From Basidiobolus meristosporus CBS 931.73 (taxonomy: Eukaryota; Fungi; Basidiobolomycota), in NCBI GenBank assembly GCA_002104905.1, contig MCFE01000173.1:79280-143279 (forward strand): a stretch of DNA of 64,000 nt, read 5' to 3'. The notes under the pieces were generated by a model. It did no database searches. It was not told where the DNA came from and saw only the letters and a program-made list of their open reading frames with translations. Positions 1 to 14,300 of the stretch are shown piece by piece; the first letter of the stretch is position 1, and each line of letters opens with the position of its first letter. The translations under genes were made by a program, and so were the position numbers.

Positions 1-1183
1 AGAGTTGCCATCAGCTGTGGAGACTGAAGTTGATTTGGTAGGTTCCAAGTTGATTCCAGCTTTCAAAGCAAATTGCTCTGACATGTACTCATGCAATGCT
101 CCTGAGTCAATCATGATCTTGGCAGGTACTCCATTGATTACTCCATTCAAGTACAATAACTTCCCTGAGTTTGAAGTCATTTGGGACAAGTACTCTTCTG
201 TCATATGGAAGGTGAGTTCCAAGTCTTCTTCAAGCTCATCTTCCACATTACTGTGCTCATGGGACTCAATATGGTTGAAGGCACTTGTTGGCTGGTGTTC
301 ATTTCTTCTCTGAGGGCAGTACTTTGCAATATGTCCCTGCTGGTGGCAATTGAAGCAAAGTCCTCTCTTCTTGCATTCTTCTGAGGAGGGATTCTTCTGC
401 ATAGCGTCTATTTCCATTGGAACTACTTCTGATTGTCTTCTTTCATAATCATTATAGCCTTTCTGATTAGTCACTGTAGGCGTCCCAACTCCAAACATAG
501 CTGAGTCATAGTCAATGGCAATCTTGATGGCTTCTTCAATAGTCTGAGGTCTTTGGTAATTGACTTCCTTGCAAGTTCTTTCTTTCAACCCATCAATAAA
601 GTATTCAACTTGATCCAAGGGGTCCATTCTTTCAATTTGTCCAAGTAGACATCTGTACTCATAGATGTATTCTTGCACCATTCCTTTCTGTCTGAGTGTC
701 TTTAACTTCCTTCTTAGTAGTGTCTGCTGGTGTAGAGGTTCAAAAGCATCCTGAATTTCTGACACAAACTCATCCCAGGTAGAGATTATAGAGCATCCCA
801 TCATAGTGGCTGACCTGATCTTGTTGTGGTACCACTGTAAAGCTGCATCTGCCAGGTAAGAAGCTGCATAATGCAACTTGCTTTCTGGAGCAATTCCTTT
901 AGCTTTAAAAGCTTCTTCAATCTGAAAGAGCCAAGTTCCCAGGTTTTCATTGACTCTGCCATGGTACCGGTTGACCTTCACACTAAAGTTGCTCTTGACA
1001 GGGCTTTGCTGGCTCTGAGCCATGGTAGTCATTCATTGTTGCTGTTGGCTGAGGATCTGGAGTAACTGTTGCTGTTGGGCCAGGATTTGCTGCATGGCAT
1101 TCTTCCATTCTTGATTGTCTGACATCTTGAGGGTGGTTTCTTCTTTCTTCAGGAGGGAGGTTTCTGGTTATTGCTGCTACCAA
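1..1183 (-). mobile_element. Ty3/Gypsy family A copy 1: degenerate gag (capsid-like region, CCHC knuckle) and aspartic protease, running off the window start
   Basis: Manual minus-strand translation gives ...WDEFVSEIQDAFEP..., CFNCHQQGHIAKYC (CX2CX4HX4C) and IMIDSGA (protease DSG). It is the reverse complement of 4209-4930. PBS-like TTGGTAGCAGC follows the LTR. Confidence 0.9.
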
Positions 1184-1550
1184 TGTTACAAGTCTTGGTA
1201 TAAGAGTTGTAGAGGAATAGGGAGTTTAGCTAGTATTGTATTCACTAAAACTTGAACTCATTTTTATTGAGGTTCCAGCAGCTCCTTATATACATTTTGC
1301 CAGATCAATTGCTGACTTATTGTATTTCCTAATGTAGGTTGTGGCTGATGACTCATTTGATTGCATCATCATCACCTAATAAGATCCTACTTAATATATC
1401 TATTTCTGTCTGATAAGGATCTGTGGATTCATTTGCTGACTAATGCTACTGATTTCATAGATAATACTGATATACTGATAACCTAAACATATACTAATTG
1501 ATTTGACTAAAACTGATCTAACTTAAACATTCAAGGGGCAGATCATAACA
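1184..1550 (-). repeat. 5' LTR of Gypsy A copy 1
   Basis: Reverse complement of 3841-4208 with TGTTATGA...TGTAACA termini. It abuts Copia sequence at 1551. Confidence 0.85.
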
Positions 1551-2370
1551 AATGAAGGGAACCCCAATGGTTTGGCACAGGAGATTTAGACAAATCAATT
1601 TTGATTATTTGCAAAAAATGATCAAAGATAAGCAAATATACGGAGTAAAAATTGATTCCCCAGCTAATTTGGAGAACTATGAAGCCTACATATCTGGAAA
1701 ACAAGTGAAACCACTGCTCAAGAGCTCTGGGTTAATCAAAACTAAGAAAAAACTCAATTAAATTCACTTAGATATGTGTGGATCTTTGAAAATATATTTT
1801 TAGGCAGGATGTGGTATTTAATGACGTTTATTGTTGATTATGCAAGATATGCTTGTGTCAACTTCATGGAGAGAAAGGAAGAAGCTCTGTCCAAGGTCAG
1901 GGAGTTCAAAGTCATGGTGGAGAAAGAAACTGGTGAAAAAATCTAGAAAATACGCTCTGACAATGGTGGAGAATATACCACAAAACTATTCATTCACTTC
2001 TGCAAAATTCATGGGATAAAGCAAGAGACTACTGTACAATACTCCCCACAGCAAAATAGAGTAGCAGAATGCGCTAACAGAGCAATATTTGATATGACAA
2101 GATCTATGATCCATGATCAAATAATATCCAGTGATTTTGGGCGGTAGCAGTTACTACAGCTGTATACCTTAAAAACAGGAGTTAAAACCAAATACTTTGT
2201 GATTTTACTCCATTTGGAGCATGATATGGATACAGATAAAGTACAAAACATCTAACAGTATTTGGGTGTACGGCATATGCCAAGAAACTTCCTGGTTATC
2301 AGTCAAAATTTGAGCCAAAAAGTGCAAAATGCATATTTTTGGGTGTCTTCTAATGCCTTCAGGGCATTCA
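1551..2370 (+). mobile_element. Ty1/Copia fragment (GAG-pre-integrase and integrase core), degenerate
   Basis: WHRRFRQINFDYLQKM pre-integrase motif and DNGGE / PQQN.VAE.AN integrase motifs. Homologous to 13340-14130. Confidence 0.85.
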
Positions 2371-2645
2371 TTGTCATTTTTGCCCTTGAGCATTGAACTA
2401 ACAATTTGACATTAAGGCAATGCACTTTAAGGCACTTTGTTCTTTCTTCTGGTACTTTAAGGCTTCCTCTTCCTTGTTTGTAGGAGTGCATTCTTCTCCC
2501 ATGACAACATCCCAAAAGCCTCTTCATTGTAGCAGCATCTTCATTTTCACCTTCCACACTTGATAGTTTAATTCATCCAACTTTTTGGCAGAGGGAAATG
2601 TTTCAGTAATAGCAGTAGTAAGCATTGCAGAGTGACAGCTTGTGG
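2371..2645 (-). mobile_element. Copia gag N-terminal fragment
   Basis: Reverse complement matches 11745-11960 (NYQVWKVKM...LWDIV gag start). Confidence 0.75.
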
Positions 2646-2659
2646 CTCCTAACCAATTG

Positions 2660-2943
2660 TGAGAGTCTCAAATATATTGTATATATGAAAATTAAACTCT
2701 TTTGATCATTACCCCTCAAGTACTAGTTCAAATGTTGTGTAATTTGAAACATGTGTTGCCTTCTAATTGTTCTGTAGGACATAATATCCTTGGGTGAATT
2801 GCTTGTCAGGGTCTAGAGCATTTGTCACAGTTGGAAATTCTTGATCTTTCACTTGTGTGCTATAATAATAAAAAGCTGAATAAAGAAATGAGTGCAATAT
2901 TGGTTTTGAGATATCTGGAAATGGAAAGTATTCCATAACCACA
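2660..2943 (-). repeat. Partial copy of LTR family E
   Basis: Reverse complement matches the start of 16865-17984. Confidence 0.7.
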
Positions 2944-3840
2944 ATTTCTGATAATTTGGGCACAGTTCAATGGTAGCATTTTCTGATGTGAGTGCCATGC
3001 AACTGTGAACATATGTTGGAATCAGGATAGTCTCTGGAACATATGCTGTCAGCCTCATGATGGTTGTGCACTTGTACCATGGAAATGGTAGGTTGTATCC
3101 TGGAATGCTTTTGGCAAGAAGTAGTGCTAAATTGTCAAAGCCACTATTACTGCTGTTAGTAGAAATACGCCACTTCTGTAGCCACCACATTACATCATTT
3201 GCCAATAGATGGAATACTGGATTCATTTGTCTCCACAAAGTATCCTTGGCATTTGTTACAATGGGTGTTGTCTCATTGCATATTGGGATTTTACTGGGCT
3301 CATACATGGTACTGTTGTTGGGGGAGATAGGCTCACAATCCATCAGGGAATCTTATTTGTCAGAGCTATCACTCTGTGTGCCATATTCAGAAGGCTGAGG
3401 TGAGCCTAAAGATATCACAAACTCACTTGACTCAGCTTGTGCAAGGTGACAATGATGGCCAGGTGCTAATATTGATGTATCAACTGGCAGGCAAAATAAT
3501 GCTAGTACAGTAGTGACCAATGAATGGTCAAATATGACTTGTGTGGCAAAGCACTAGCCACAATCCTTGTAATACTTCCTATGCGCTCTGCGTGCTTCAT
3601 GGCCATGCGGCTTGCTTCAATAGCCACATAGTCCTTTTTCTCTTCTCTTACAGCATTTAGTCAAAGTAGTCTTGTCAATGGGGGAAACAGTTTGACCTTA
3701 CCATACCTAATGTTATTAAATCACTTTTTGGTCAATACTCATGTGAATTTAAGACAGTCTTGTACCTGAGACATTATATCTACATGAATGTAAGATTCAA
3801 TGATGACCTGCCATTGTAAGTACTATAAAGAAGGTTGTAG
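2944..3840 (-). mobile_element. CACTA/EnSpm-type transposase N-terminal fragment
   Basis: ORF 2849-3343 (LPFPWYKCTTIM...VHSCMALT...CPNY) is paralogous to ORF 22970-23767 and matches the EnSpm LPxsxY...CxNxC...CPxC pattern. Confidence 0.75.
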
Positions 3841-4208
3841 TGTTATGATCTGCTGCTTGAATGTTTAAGTTGGATCAGATTTTGGTCAAATCAATTAGTT
3901 ATATGTTTAGGTTATCAGTATATCAGTATTATCTATCATATCAGTAACATTAGTCAGCAAAGGAATCAGCAGACCCTTATCAGACAGAAATAGATATATT
4001 AAGTAGGATCTTATTGGGTGATGATGATGCAATTAAATGAGTCATCAGCCACAACCTACATTAGGAAATACAATTAGTCAGCAATTGATCTGGCAAAATG
4101 TATATAAGGAGCTGCTGGAACCTCAATAAAGATCAGTTCAAGTTTTGTGAATACAATACTAGCTAAACTCCCTATTCCTCTACAACTCTTATACAAAGAC
4201 TTGTAACA
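3841..4208 (+). repeat. 5' LTR of Gypsy A copy 2 (368 bp)
   Basis: TG...CA ends (TGTTATGA / TGTAACA), TATA-like TATATAA and AATAAA inside, and PBS TTGGTAGCAGC at 4209. Confidence 0.85.
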
Positions 4209-7200
4209 TTGGTAGCAGCAATAACCAGAAACCACCCTCAAGATGTTGGACAATCAAGAATGAAAGAATGCCATGCAGCAAATCCTGGCCCAACAGCAAC
4301 AGTTACTCCAGATCCTCAGCCAACAGCAACAAGGAATGACTACCATGGCTCAGAGCCAGCAAAGCCCTGTCAAGAGCAAATTTAGTGTGAAGGTCAACCA
4401 GTACCATGGCAGAGTCAATGAAAACCTGGGAACTTAGCTCTTTCAGATTGAAGAAGCTTTTAAAGCTAAAGGAATTGCTCCAGAAAGCAAGTTGCATTAT
4501 GCAACTTCTTACCTGGCAAATGCAGCCTTACAGTGGTACCACAATAAGATCAGGTAAGCCACTATGATGGGATGCTCTACAATCTCTACCTGGGATGAGT
4601 TTGTGTTGGATATTCAGGATGCTTTTGAACCTCCACACCAGCAGACACTACTAAGAAGGAAGTTAAAGACACTCAGACAGAAAGGAATGGTTCAAGAATA
4701 CATCTATGTGTACAGATGTCTACTTGGACAAATTGACAGAATGGACCCCCTGGATCAAGTTGAATACTTTATTGATGGGTTGAAAGAAAGAACTTGCAAG
4801 GAAGTGAATTATTGAAGACCTCAGACTATTGAAGAAGCTATCAAGATTTCCATTGAATCTGACTCAGCTATGTTTGGAGTTGGGAAGCCTACAGTTACTA
4901 ATCTCAGGAGCATCAAAGTGAGTAAATGTCAGAACAATTTGCTCTGAAAGCAGAAATCAACTGAGAACCTACCAAATCAACTTCAGTCTCAACAGCTGAT
5001 GGGAGCTCTCACATAGTCAACCGTACTACTCAGCCAGTAAGAATAAAGATCAATGACTATGAAGAAGACCTACAGGCTTATATATTAGGGAACTGCAAGT
5101 TTGACCTTGTACTTGGAAAAACCTGGCTATTTTGTTGTAATCCATCAATCAACTGGAGAACCCATGCTACTCAGATCCAAAAGACAACAAGACCTATGAG
5201 CTATTACCTGCCAGGCTGGATTTCAACTTGGTCAATTCCAGTATGTGTGAGACAAGTGAACTTAGCAAGACCCAGTTCTGTAGAGCACTTAGAGAAGGTA
5301 CCCAGATGTTCCTCATGGCAGTATTACAGGAGAAATCCTCTACCCTAGCACCCCAGCAGGTCCAGACTCTCTTGAAGAAATATTCAGACATGTTTCCAGA
5401 TGAGCTTGTTAGCCTACCACCATTCAGAGATGTGGATCATGTCATTGACACAGGAGATAGCCCTCCAGTAAGCAAGACACCTTACAGAATGAGTCCATTG
5501 GAATTGGAGGAAATGAAGACACAAATTGATCAGCTATTGGAGCAAGGATACATCAGGCCCAGCAAGTCACCCTGGGGAGCACCAGTGCTTTTTATGAAAA
5601 AGAAGGATGGAACACTTAGGATGTGCATTGACTACAGAGCCCTGAACTCAGTTACTGTCAAGAATAAGTACCCCATACCTTGGATTGATCAGCTGTTGGA
5701 ACAACTTAGTGGAGCCACTATTTTCAGCAAGATTGACCTCATGTCAGGATACAACCAGATTATGGTGAAATCAGAAGATATCCCTAAGACACCATTCAGG
5801 ACCAGATATGGACATTACAAGTACATGTTCATGAGTTTTGGCCTCACTAATGCCCCTGCAACATTCATGATGCTGATGCAGACTGTCTTTCAGGAGTACT
5901 TAGACAAGCTTGTGATAATCTACCTGGATGACATATTGATATACAGCAAGACAGAAGAGGATTACGTGGTGCACATTGAAAAGGTCTTGAGGAAACTAAG
6001 AGAGAACAAGCTATATGGCAAGCTAGCCAAGTGTATATACTTCAAGGAACACATTGAATATCTGGGACACATAGTGACTAGCATAGGAGTGACCTTAGAC
6101 CCTAAGAAGGTTGAAGTTATCAAGAATTTGAAGCAGCCCCATAGCACATCAGAACTCAGAGCATTCCTTGGAATGGCATCCTATTATTGGAAATTTGTCA
6201 AGTCCTTTGCAAGCATTGCAGCCCCTTTAACTGATATCCTCAAGAAAGACAACACCTACAAGTGAGACATACCCTGTGACACTGCATTTCAGATGTTCAA
6301 GAATGAACTTGCTAAGCTGCCAAGTTTAAGAATACCTGACTTCAGAAAAGAGTTTACTCTGTGCACAGATGTTTCAGATTATGCAATTGGTGGAGTACTA
6401 AGCCAAGAGCACAAGGGAAAGAACTACCCAGTTGCCTTCAAGTCCAAGAAACTGAACTCAGCAGAACAAAACTATCCAGTGCATGAGAAGGAGATGCTTG
6501 CTATAATACACTGCCTGAAGACATGGAGATGCTATTTTGAAGGAGTCAAATGCACTATAAAGACTGATCATGCCTCACTGAAGTATATATTTACTCAGAA
6601 GGTTCTATCCAGAAGAATGACAAGATGGAGTGAATACATTCAGCAATTTGACTTGGAGATTGTCTACTGCCCTGGGAAAAACAACATGGTTGCTGATGCC
6701 TTATCAAGACTAGAGCAAGTGGCACAACTCAGCTTGGTGCATGAATCAGATTGGCCTAGCTTATTATCACAACACTTGGAGGACCAAGCCATTCCTATTG
6801 AGGTGGATGAAGAGATAATCCGGGATGACGCCAGCAAATTTGTTGTACAGGATGAAACAATCTACCAAATTGTTGATGGAAGCCCTATTGCCTATTGTCC
6901 TTATGTTGCTTGCCTGGATTTAATACATAAGCTACACAATGGATATGGACATCTTGGGATTGAAGGAACCTATAGCCTTGTGAAAGCCAGAGCACGGTGG
7001 CCCAGAATGAAACAAGATATTGAGAAGCTAGTGAAAACCTGCCCAAACTGCCAAATCAATCAAGGCCAGCCACAAAGAATTGCCAAACTCTTCCCTTTGG
7101 AGCCTGTAAGACCATTTGAGAGATGGGGAATTGACTTTATAAGAAGACTGCCAACCACCAGGAAATGCAACCGTTGGATCATAGTAGCAATTGACCATGC

Positions 7201-7530
7201 CACTAAATGGCCAGTTGCTAAAGCTGTACCAATAGCCAGTGAACAAGAATTTGCAAGTTTCATTTACCATGAGATCCTGATGAAGTTTGGATGCCCTGTG
7301 AAGATCTTATCTGATAGAGGAGCAAACTTTGTGGCAAAGACATTAGAAGCTTACCTGGAAATGCAGCAGATTAAACACTTGAAAACCTTGGCATATCACC
7401 CAGAACTAATGGAGTCACTGAACACTTTAATGAATTATTTGGAAAAATGCTGACCAAGTGAGCAAATGGAGCTGCCAGTAGATGGGATGAGTATAAAGAT
7501 CAAGCACTTTTTGGCTGCAGAGTTAGAGTG
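4209..7530 (+). mobile_element. Ty3/Gypsy family A copy 2 internal region: gag (stops), RT, RNase H, integrase; 3'-truncated
   Basis: ORF 5228-6265 has SPWGAPVLF, LRMCIDYRALN and YLDDILIYS (RT). ORF 6293-7453 has TDVSDYAIGGVL, EKEMLAI and TDHASL (RNase H), then H...GH..CPNC and WGIDF...SDRG (integrase). Confidence 0.95.
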
Positions 7531-8820
7531 CACAACACTACCCAACAATCACCATTCATTTCACACCAATGAGAATGTTATATATGCTGTACCTTTGATT
7601 GAAGTCCAGCAAGTTAGTGTCACAACATCACCACTACCTGTATTAGCAAGTATGTTGTTAGCTCATACCAATGCACTCATGAAGCAATTAGGTGCAGTGA
7701 TAGATATGATGTATGCAATGGCCTGTAGAAATCAGGGAATAGTCCAGAAACAGGATGAGCAGATAATATATGTAGAGCAATCAATATCCCAGGTAGAAAA
7801 GCAGTACCTTTGCTGCAAAGTAGAAACTAAAGTAGCTCAATGTCACAGCCAAGAATTGAGCCATTTCCCAATGTAACAGCAGAGAAACACCATACAATCT
7901 TTGAAGCACAACAACAGTGCTCAAAGATAATGCCCGCAAAAAACCTATCACAGCAAGGGAGAGAGATAATGTGGTGTTTATACCAAAGCCTAAAAATCAA
8001 AACATATTGAAGATCTGTGAAGCCATTGAGTGCAATAATGAAGAGCGGGCAAATATTCAAAAGACTGTCAGAAGCCTAGTATGCTATCACCTTAAGGCCA
8101 GCATACCATGGGACCATCAGGAACTCAAGGTCAAGCAGACTGCACTTGACTTATTCCATGACATTATCCTGGATTCAAACAGTCAAACAGATTTTAGGCC
8201 AGCATTGGTATGCTAAGAAAGTATCTTAAGAATAGCAGGAACTATCAAAAGCAAAAGAACAATGGCCCCATGGCTAATACCAGTGGCTTCCTCAACAGCC
8301 CATTACTAATAGGGCCAAACGCTCCAGACAAGCATCAAAGCAACATCAGGTATCTGGAAGAGTGCCAATTAGGGACAAACAGGCAGACACAGATGCACCA
8401 GCACAACATTTATCAAGGAAAAAATATATTGCCACTCAAGAACCACCTAGTACAAGTAGCAGTGAAGGACCTGGCAGTGATAAATCTGCAGCTTTTACAG
8501 CAGACTGTCACATTTACCACTAAGAAAACCGCTGTTCTCACAAGAGTTGGAGGCACAGCCAGTTGAGCTACACTCCATCAAGGTAGCTGAGTGTGCAGAA
8601 AAAGGCAACCTGACTACCACAGCCTCCACATTCTCCATTGCTGACAGAGTGGAGATCCCACTGACAGACAAGGCTACAGCATCAAGAGCACAAAAGACTA
8701 TCATAATGCCTTCAGTGGAGTTCTGGAGCATTAATAGGCTCACCAAGAGGTTGCAGCACTTCTTCAAGAGCAGCACTCAAGAAAACAAACTTGAATATTG
8801 CAAGGATTTATTGCAATGAC
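7530..8820 (+). mobile_element. Degenerate copy of the accessory (non-transposase) ORF region of the CACTA-type element
   Basis: ORFs 7466-7876 and 7917-8216 match ORF 22158-22679 on the opposite strand. The region also matches 15930-16800 and 19230-19990. Confidence 0.6.
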
Positions 8821-8829
8821 CGGTGATGG

Positions 8830-10335
8830 CCTTTTTACCAGATCATCCCAATATTTTTCATAGGGGAAATACCTGGACTTATGCCAAGAAGGGTAGTCTC
8901 TACCCCACAATAGCAACTGAACATCATGAAAAGTATCCACCAAGGAGAGCCAGCAGGACATAGAGGATGAGAAGTTACATACAACACCACAGCTCAGAGG
9001 TACTTCGGGGAAAACATGTAATATGATATCCAAATCTCTGTTGAGTCATCTGTAGCCTGCCAGAAGTAATCATCCAACCATTATGAAGAACCACTGTATC
9101 CTACTTACACAATCTGTCAATGGCAAAATATTGGTATTGACCTTGTCCACATGCCAGCAGCTGGATCAAAAAAGTATCTGATTGTTGCTAGAGATGACCT
9201 TAGTGGATGGACAGAGGCTTGAGCCTTGCCCAACAACAAGAGCCATAACATATGGAGATTTATACTTGAAAACATTATGTGCAGATTTGGCTGCATCTGG
9301 CAGTTTGTTGCTGTCAGTGCAGAGATGACATCCCAAATGATTCAGGATTTATGCTTAAGGTACAAGATACACATTGCTTTTACTACTGCATACTACCCTC
9401 CAGCCAATGGAATGCTAGAGAGGGGACATGGACCATTGGTGAACTTTCTTGTCAAGACCTGTGAGAATAACACAACACTGTGGCCACAGCAATTACATCT
9501 TGCACTCTGGGCAGATAGAATTACTACCAAGAGAACAACTGGATCATTGCCATTTAAGCAGCTCTATGGAATGATTGCATACTACCAGTTGAGTTTAACA
9601 CAGTCACTTGGAACTCATTGTATTGGAGATCCAATATGCAGACTGAAGACCTCCTTGCAACTTGCATACAGCAACTTGATTGCCATGACTTGAATATCCA
9701 TAGAGCTGCCATAATTAGTATTCACTTAGCCAGTAAGAAAAGTATATAAGGGAGGCAATCCCCCAACAACAAATATCATCCCTTTTATCAGTTTACCAAC
9801 TTGGTGATTAGTGTGATCACTGCTACCTGATGCTACCTGAACTTCCAACCCCAGACCACAGGATACTCCCAGGAAACTGCGCTGACAGCCAACTGACCTT
9901 AGAGGCACTACTTGTGAGGAGTACTCAGAGGAGGTATCTTTTATTATATTAGATTTTTTCCCAAGTTTGTTCTTGTACAGACTAAGATACTTTTCTGTCT
10001 TTGTAGCTATTGATCACAGCTGCATTCTTATCAAGTCCTGACTGGTGGAGTTTACAGTTGTTTTGACTTTGGAAGCTTTAGTACATTGTCATCTCAAAGG
10101 ATGCTGAACCCAGCACATACTATTGTTAAGATGCCAACTAAGTTGGGGATTGTAGCTCAATATTTTTCCCTTGACAAGCTTGTGGCTTTATTCCCCATTG
10201 CATTAGATTAGAGAGAGAACCCAAGTATTCCTAACAAGTTTCTGCCAGAGGTTATTGCACCCAGTGAACACCCCACACACAAAACACTTGAAAAGTATTG
10301 GACATATATCTCCCCTGAACTTATACACCACCACA
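8830..10335 (+). mobile_element. Second Gypsy family (B): integrase remnant plus 3' LTR (9913-10335)
   Basis: IGIDL...LIVARDDLSGW and TTAYYPPANGMLERGH integrase motifs. The LTR runs TGTGAGG...CACCACA and its 3' half matches 12421-12840. Confidence 0.8.
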
Positions 10336-11110
10336 ACATGTCACTTTCAAACCAGCCAATCAAAGCATGTGAGATATTCACAGGTACTACTACTATATCT
10401 GATCTGCACCACTGCAGGATGTTATCTTTGTATCATGTGTATTGCTTGTGTAGTTGCCCAAAAACTTTGATCCTTCAAAATATTTACATAAATGACTTCT
10501 CCAGCTGAAAAATAAAGAGAGCCTCTCTTTCCAGTATCTTCACACTACAGTTACTGGTTTAAAGGTCTTAAGAGTTCCCTTGCATCCCTTGCACTGTTGA
10601 GTACTTGACTTTGATTGGTACTACATCAGTAAAGAGACTGCAAAGCTCACAAGAATTCAATCTAAGTTCTACAGGAAAACTACAGTTTTTCTGTTAGAAA
10701 AGTCCCCTCTAAGAAACCTTTTCAATATGAGGCAGTCCCTTCAGTATGAAGTTAACTTTAGAGACCCTCTGATAAAGCTCCTTTACTCTGAAGATGCCCC
10801 TTCAGGTAGCCCTTTAGTGTAAGTCCACTTGAGAGACCACTGTAAGAAGCCCCTTTACTCTAAAGAGACCCCTTTGGACACTACTTTAGAGACTCCTACA
10901 CCACACTCATTAAGTTTAAAGAGGAGCTTAGAATGTCCATATTAGGAAAAATTGTATTTGAAAGGTAAGTGACTTTCAAATGACAAAAAGTTACTATAAA
11001 AGTAAAAGAACCCAATAGTAAACAGAAAGTCTGAACACTGCTTTAGAAGTGAGAAATACTGCCTATAGTATATTTTAAACCTACCATTGAGAATATTAGT
11101 GACAGCCTAG
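10336..11110 (+). repeat. Partial copy of LTR family E with an internal CCCCTTTA repeat tract
   Basis: Matches 17180-17830 and the reverse complement of 20150-20910. Confidence 0.7.
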
Positions 11111-11330
11111 CTACAGGATCATGACAGCTGATCTGAATTAGATCTACACATGTGACCAAATTACTTTTCATATGGTATCATACATACTCATTATATTGCA
11201 TAAGTTTTTTCTCACTTCATATGTGATTATTTGATATCAGCACATCTATGCTAGCCCTATTAGAAATATTCATAATGAACCCATTACAAGGCCATCACAA
11301 AATTAAGATCCTGTCACTAACTGCAACTGA

Positions 11331-14300
11331 TGTTGTGAAATTTGTAATTCCATCTAAATATTGACCTAACTTAGTCACTTAGATCATTACCTTCAAATCC
11401 TAAAGAAAACTTACCAAGCTCCTGGTGAGGATTTACTTAGAATATTCCCACCAAAACACCAGGTGCCCAGAACATGAAAATTCCAAAGTTGTCCAAACAG
11501 CCCCAAACTTTGCACACATGCTATTGGGACCCTTTGTAGCCTATTCTACATGTGCTTTTTTATGCTAAGACCATGTGAAAGTTTAAATACTACGTTTACA
11601 TTCAATTAATCATTGAGTGAGAACCACATAATCTGCTTGTCCTCCCCATCATTTCCAATATGTCCAAGATTCTTATAACAGGTTACAAGCCCCAAACTGT
11701 TACTCTCTGCAATGTCTACTACTGCTATTACTGGAATTTTTCCCTCTGCTGAAAAGTTGGATGGATCTAACTACCAAGTGTGGAAGGTGAAGATGTAGAT
11801 GCTGTTACAACAAAAAGGCCTTTGGGATATTGTCATGGGAGAAGAATGCCCTCCTGAAATTGTTGGAAGCCTTAGAGTACCAGAAGAAAGAACAAAGTGC
11901 CTTTATTTACATTTGCCTTAATGTTAAAAACAAACTGCTAATTCAATGCTCAAGAGCAAAAACAGCAAAGAATGCCTTGAAGACATTAGAAAACACCTAT
12001 CAGTCATGTTCAGATGCTAAGAAAATGTATCTAGGACAAATATTCTTTACTACAAAGATGCAGCCAGGAGAAGAAATGAAAAACTTAATTAACAGAACTA
12101 CCCTGCTAGTAGATGAGAGGGAATCTGCTGGCATACCAACTACTGATGAGGATGAGATAGTAGCTATTCTGAATAGCCTAACAGACATGTTTCAGGGCCT
12201 TCTATTGGCCCTAGAGTCCAGAACTAAAGACTTGCCCTTAAGTAACATATATGGAAGGCTCCTGGATGAAGTATTAAGACAATTAGTTGCTAATAAGAAG
12301 GAAGAAGAAAATGCTTTAATAAGCAATGATAACCAGCAAAAGAGGTACCAAAGACCTTACAAAGGCAATAGCAACCCGTTTTGCAACTACAGCAAAAGGA
12401 AAGGACACACATCAGACTGATGTAGTGGGATCATAGTGACACCCACTGACAGATGTGCTCATTCCCATATTTCTGACTTCCCAAATTCTCTATTACACTT
12501 ACTTTAGGTTTATTCAATTTGTCTTGCCTGTTCAGTACTATCCCATAAGCCAGTTGACTATCACATATGCTTACTTTGGAAGCTCTAGTATGTTGTCATC
12601 TCAAAGGACTTTGAGCCCAGCACATACTTTTGTTAAGATGCCAACTAAGTTGGGCATTATAGCTCAATAGTATTCCATTGACAAGCTTGTGGCTTTAGTC
12701 CCCATCACATTAGATGAGAGATGGAACCCAAATATTCCTAGCAAGCTTTTGCCAGATATTATTGCACCCAGTGAACACTCCACACAAAACACTTGAGAAG
12801 TGTTGAACTCATCTCTCCCTTGGACTTATACACCACCACACTGGTGTCTCAAAAAAAGAGATAATCTACAAAGAAGCCTGAATATGGAAATGCTGCAACA
12901 GCAGAAGATATACTATTTGTATCTGTACTAGATATGACCACAAACAAGGACTCTCAGATGCAGTATACTGACTCTGGATCATCTCAACACTTTAAACACC
13001 AAAAAGAACTTTTTACCCAACATCAAGAAATTCCAATCATAAAGGTTTTCAGGGGTGACAATAGAACACTTGATGCAGTGGGAGAAGGAACTATCCAAGT
13101 AAGCCATAGAAGCACTGAAGGAAGCAATATAATGACTTTTAAAGATGTACTCTATGTACCAGAAATAGCCAAGATCCTACTATCTATAAGCAAGGCCACA
13201 GCAGAAGGACGCTGTTTCAGCTTTGACAATTCTGGATCCAGGATCACTGATCAAAATGGTCCCATATAGCATTGGGTATCAGAGACCAAAGTCTATACAA
13301 GTTGACTTATATTTCAACATATCTGGAAGCCAATATGAATAACTTAAATGAAGAAACACCAATTCTTTGGTACAGGAGATTGGGACACATCAATTTTGAT
13401 TATTTGTGCAAAATGATCAAAGATCAGCTAATTTCCGGTGTAAAAGCTGATCCTCCAGCTAACTTAGAGAACTGTGAAGCCTACATATCTGGAAAGCAAG
13501 CCAGACCACTGCTCAAGAGCAATGGGTTAATCAAAACTAAGAAAAATTGGATCCAATTCACTCAGATCTGTGTGGACCTGTGCAAACTTTATCCTTAGGT
13601 GGGATGGAGTATTTAATCATTTTTATTGATGATTATACACACAGGTCTACTTCATGCAGAGAAAGAAAGAAGCTCTGTCTAAGTTCAGGGAGTTTAAAGT
13701 CATGGTGGAGAGAGAAACTGTGAAAAAATCAAGAAAATATGCTCTGACAATGGTGGAGGACATACCTCAGAACTCTTCATCCACTTCTGCAAAAATCTTG
13801 GGATAAAGCAAGCAACTACTGTACAATACTTTCCACAGCAAAATGAAGTAGCAGAGTGTGCTAACAGAGGAATATTTGATATGACAAGATCTATGATCTA
13901 TGATCAAAAATTATCCTATGATTATTGGGCAGAATTAGTTGCTATATCCATATACCTTATAAGTAGGAGTTATAACAGAATAATTTGTGATTCTACTCCA
14001 TTTGAAGCATGATATGGACACAGACCAAGTGTAGAATATCTAAGAATATCTGGGTGTACAACATATGCCAAGAAACTGCCCCAAAATCAGTCAGAATTTG
14101 AGCCAAAAAGTGTAAAATGCATATTTTTGGCCACTGCAATGAGTGTAAAGCATACAGACTCTACAATGCCAAAGCAAAGAAGCTTATCAAGTCCCAGGAT
14201 GGGGTATCTGATGAAGATTCAAAATCTTCACAAAAATTGACATCAGATGATGAAAAAAATCTGATTGCAAATCCTCCAATTGTCAGAACTGAATCTTATT

